IMG/VR virus record: IMGVR_UViG_3300044514_000014
Span: 1-60,409 of that record
DNA: 60,409 bases
Strand: one strand, 5' to 3'
Source: a virus
The notes below the pieces were generated by a model. The model was not told the origin of the DNA and did not search any database. It saw nothing but the letters and a program-made list of their open reading frames with translations. Position numbers and translations under genes: made by a program. Shown one piece after another: positions 59,897 through 60,409 of the stretch (position 1 is the stretch's first letter; every line of letters starts with the position of its first letter).

Positions 59897-60246
59897 TGAT
59901 CGAAGAAATTGCCATCATTCTTTCGGATGACGAAACCTTTGACCAGACGGAAGCGCCGCGCGTCCTGTGTGAATATGTCTGCGGTGTGTGTAATGGCGAG
60001 TTGTCAATTTTATTTGCGCGCTCTCATTGGCGTGTTTTGGTTGTCTGCCCTGAACACGGCAACGTCTCAAAATGCGGTCGAGTCATGCGCTCGACTGTCA
60101 GCATGGAAATGGAGAGGGCTTTATCTAAATTCAATACAGTAATCCGCAATCTTCCTGATTTATGGGGTGAGCTTCTGGAAAAGAGACTTCCCCCGCGTGA
60201 GGGGGAAAATCGCCGTCAACAAAATATTCGTGAACTTGGATTCTAA
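59896..60246 (+). CDS. Cys-containing hypothetical protein
   Basis: TAATG-coupled start. CGVCNG...CPEHG. Confidence 0.5.
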   Translation: MIEEIAIILSDDETFDQTEAPRVLCEYVCGVCNGELSILFARSHWRVLVVCPEHGNVSKCGRVMRSTVSMEMERALSKFNTVIRNLPDLWGELLEKRLPPREGENRRQQNIRELGF

Positions 60247-60258
60247 AAGGAGAATACT

Positions 60259-60409
60259 ATGCCTATTTCTGGCCTCACCGATGCACCGAAAGCATTTATG
60301 AAACTTGGGATGATAAAAAAAGGGGAGATGGTTGAATTCACGAAAAGAGACGGGAGTAAAGGAACAAAGCCCGTTGACCTGGATTACTTCCGCATGATCT
60401 TTTCGCCCG
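60259..60409 (+). CDS. 5' part of the junction-spanning early gene (continues at 24..967)
   Basis: ATG 60259 follows AAGGAGA. The ORF is still open at the contig end and is in frame with 8..967. Confidence 0.6.
   Translation, partial: MPISGLTDAPKAFMKLGMIKKGEMVEFTKRDGSKGTKPVDLDYFRMIFSP

Noticed and set aside
1-60409. Lysogeny module (integrase, excisionase, CI-like repressor, attP)
   Set aside because: I looked for tyrosine and serine recombinase motifs and for a repressor next to the divergent promoters, and found none. The tRNA gene is intact rather than a partial attP-type fragment. The lifestyle remains undetermined.

Overview
The window is a complete tailed dsDNA phage genome of about 60.4 kb. 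Bases 1-23 repeat at 60387-60409, and one ORF spans that junction, so the contig closes into a circle or is terminally redundant. I saw no integrase and no clear repressor.

Layout:
- Divergent near-consensus promoters sit at about 59.15-59.25 kb.
- A rightward early/replication arm crosses the junction and ends at a strong intrinsic terminator near 11.26 kb. It carries a pentapeptide-repeat protein, tRNA-Tyr, a replication initiator with internal iterons, DnaB, a DUF4326-like protein, RusA and many small Zn-ribbon or membrane ORFs joined by ATGA/GTGA overlaps.
- A lysis block follows (holin-like protein, membrane coiled-coil protein, GH25+SH3 endolysin).
- A 4.5-kb accessory block is bracketed by a duplicated gene of about 215 bp.
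- Next come a ParB-like/DNA methyltransferase fusion and a reverse-strand island (RHH-like protein plus SPL-like radical SAM enzyme).
- The packaging and virion arm contains TerS, TerL, portal, a fibre-like protein, a Tat-signal beta-helix protein, a protease-capsid fusion, connector proteins, tail tube, a frameshifted chaperone, tape measure, Dit, a Tal-like protein and fibres.
- A leftward operon of small proteins occupies 55.0-59.1 kb.

Most notable candidates:
1. A deoxysugar pathway sits inside the head module at 30.2-39.0 kb: an E1/RfbH-type 3-dehydrase, a YerE/ALS-like TPP enzyme, a radical SAM/SPASM enzyme, a methyltransferase and two SDRs. A GT2-like glycosyltransferase lies next to the capsid genes. 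Together they suggest virion or surface glycosylation with a branched dideoxyhexose.
2. The TPP-enzyme gene is split into two ORFs by a free-standing GIY-YIG homing endonuclease gene.
3. A palindromic intercistronic motif occurs seven times in the leftward operon.
4. About 15 GCCAACA heptamers cluster in roughly 540 bp.
5. The reverse-strand radical-SAM island and the first leftward gene both appear to be leaderless, each with an operator-like element.

All calls come from reading the sequence and recalling family motifs. No searches were run.
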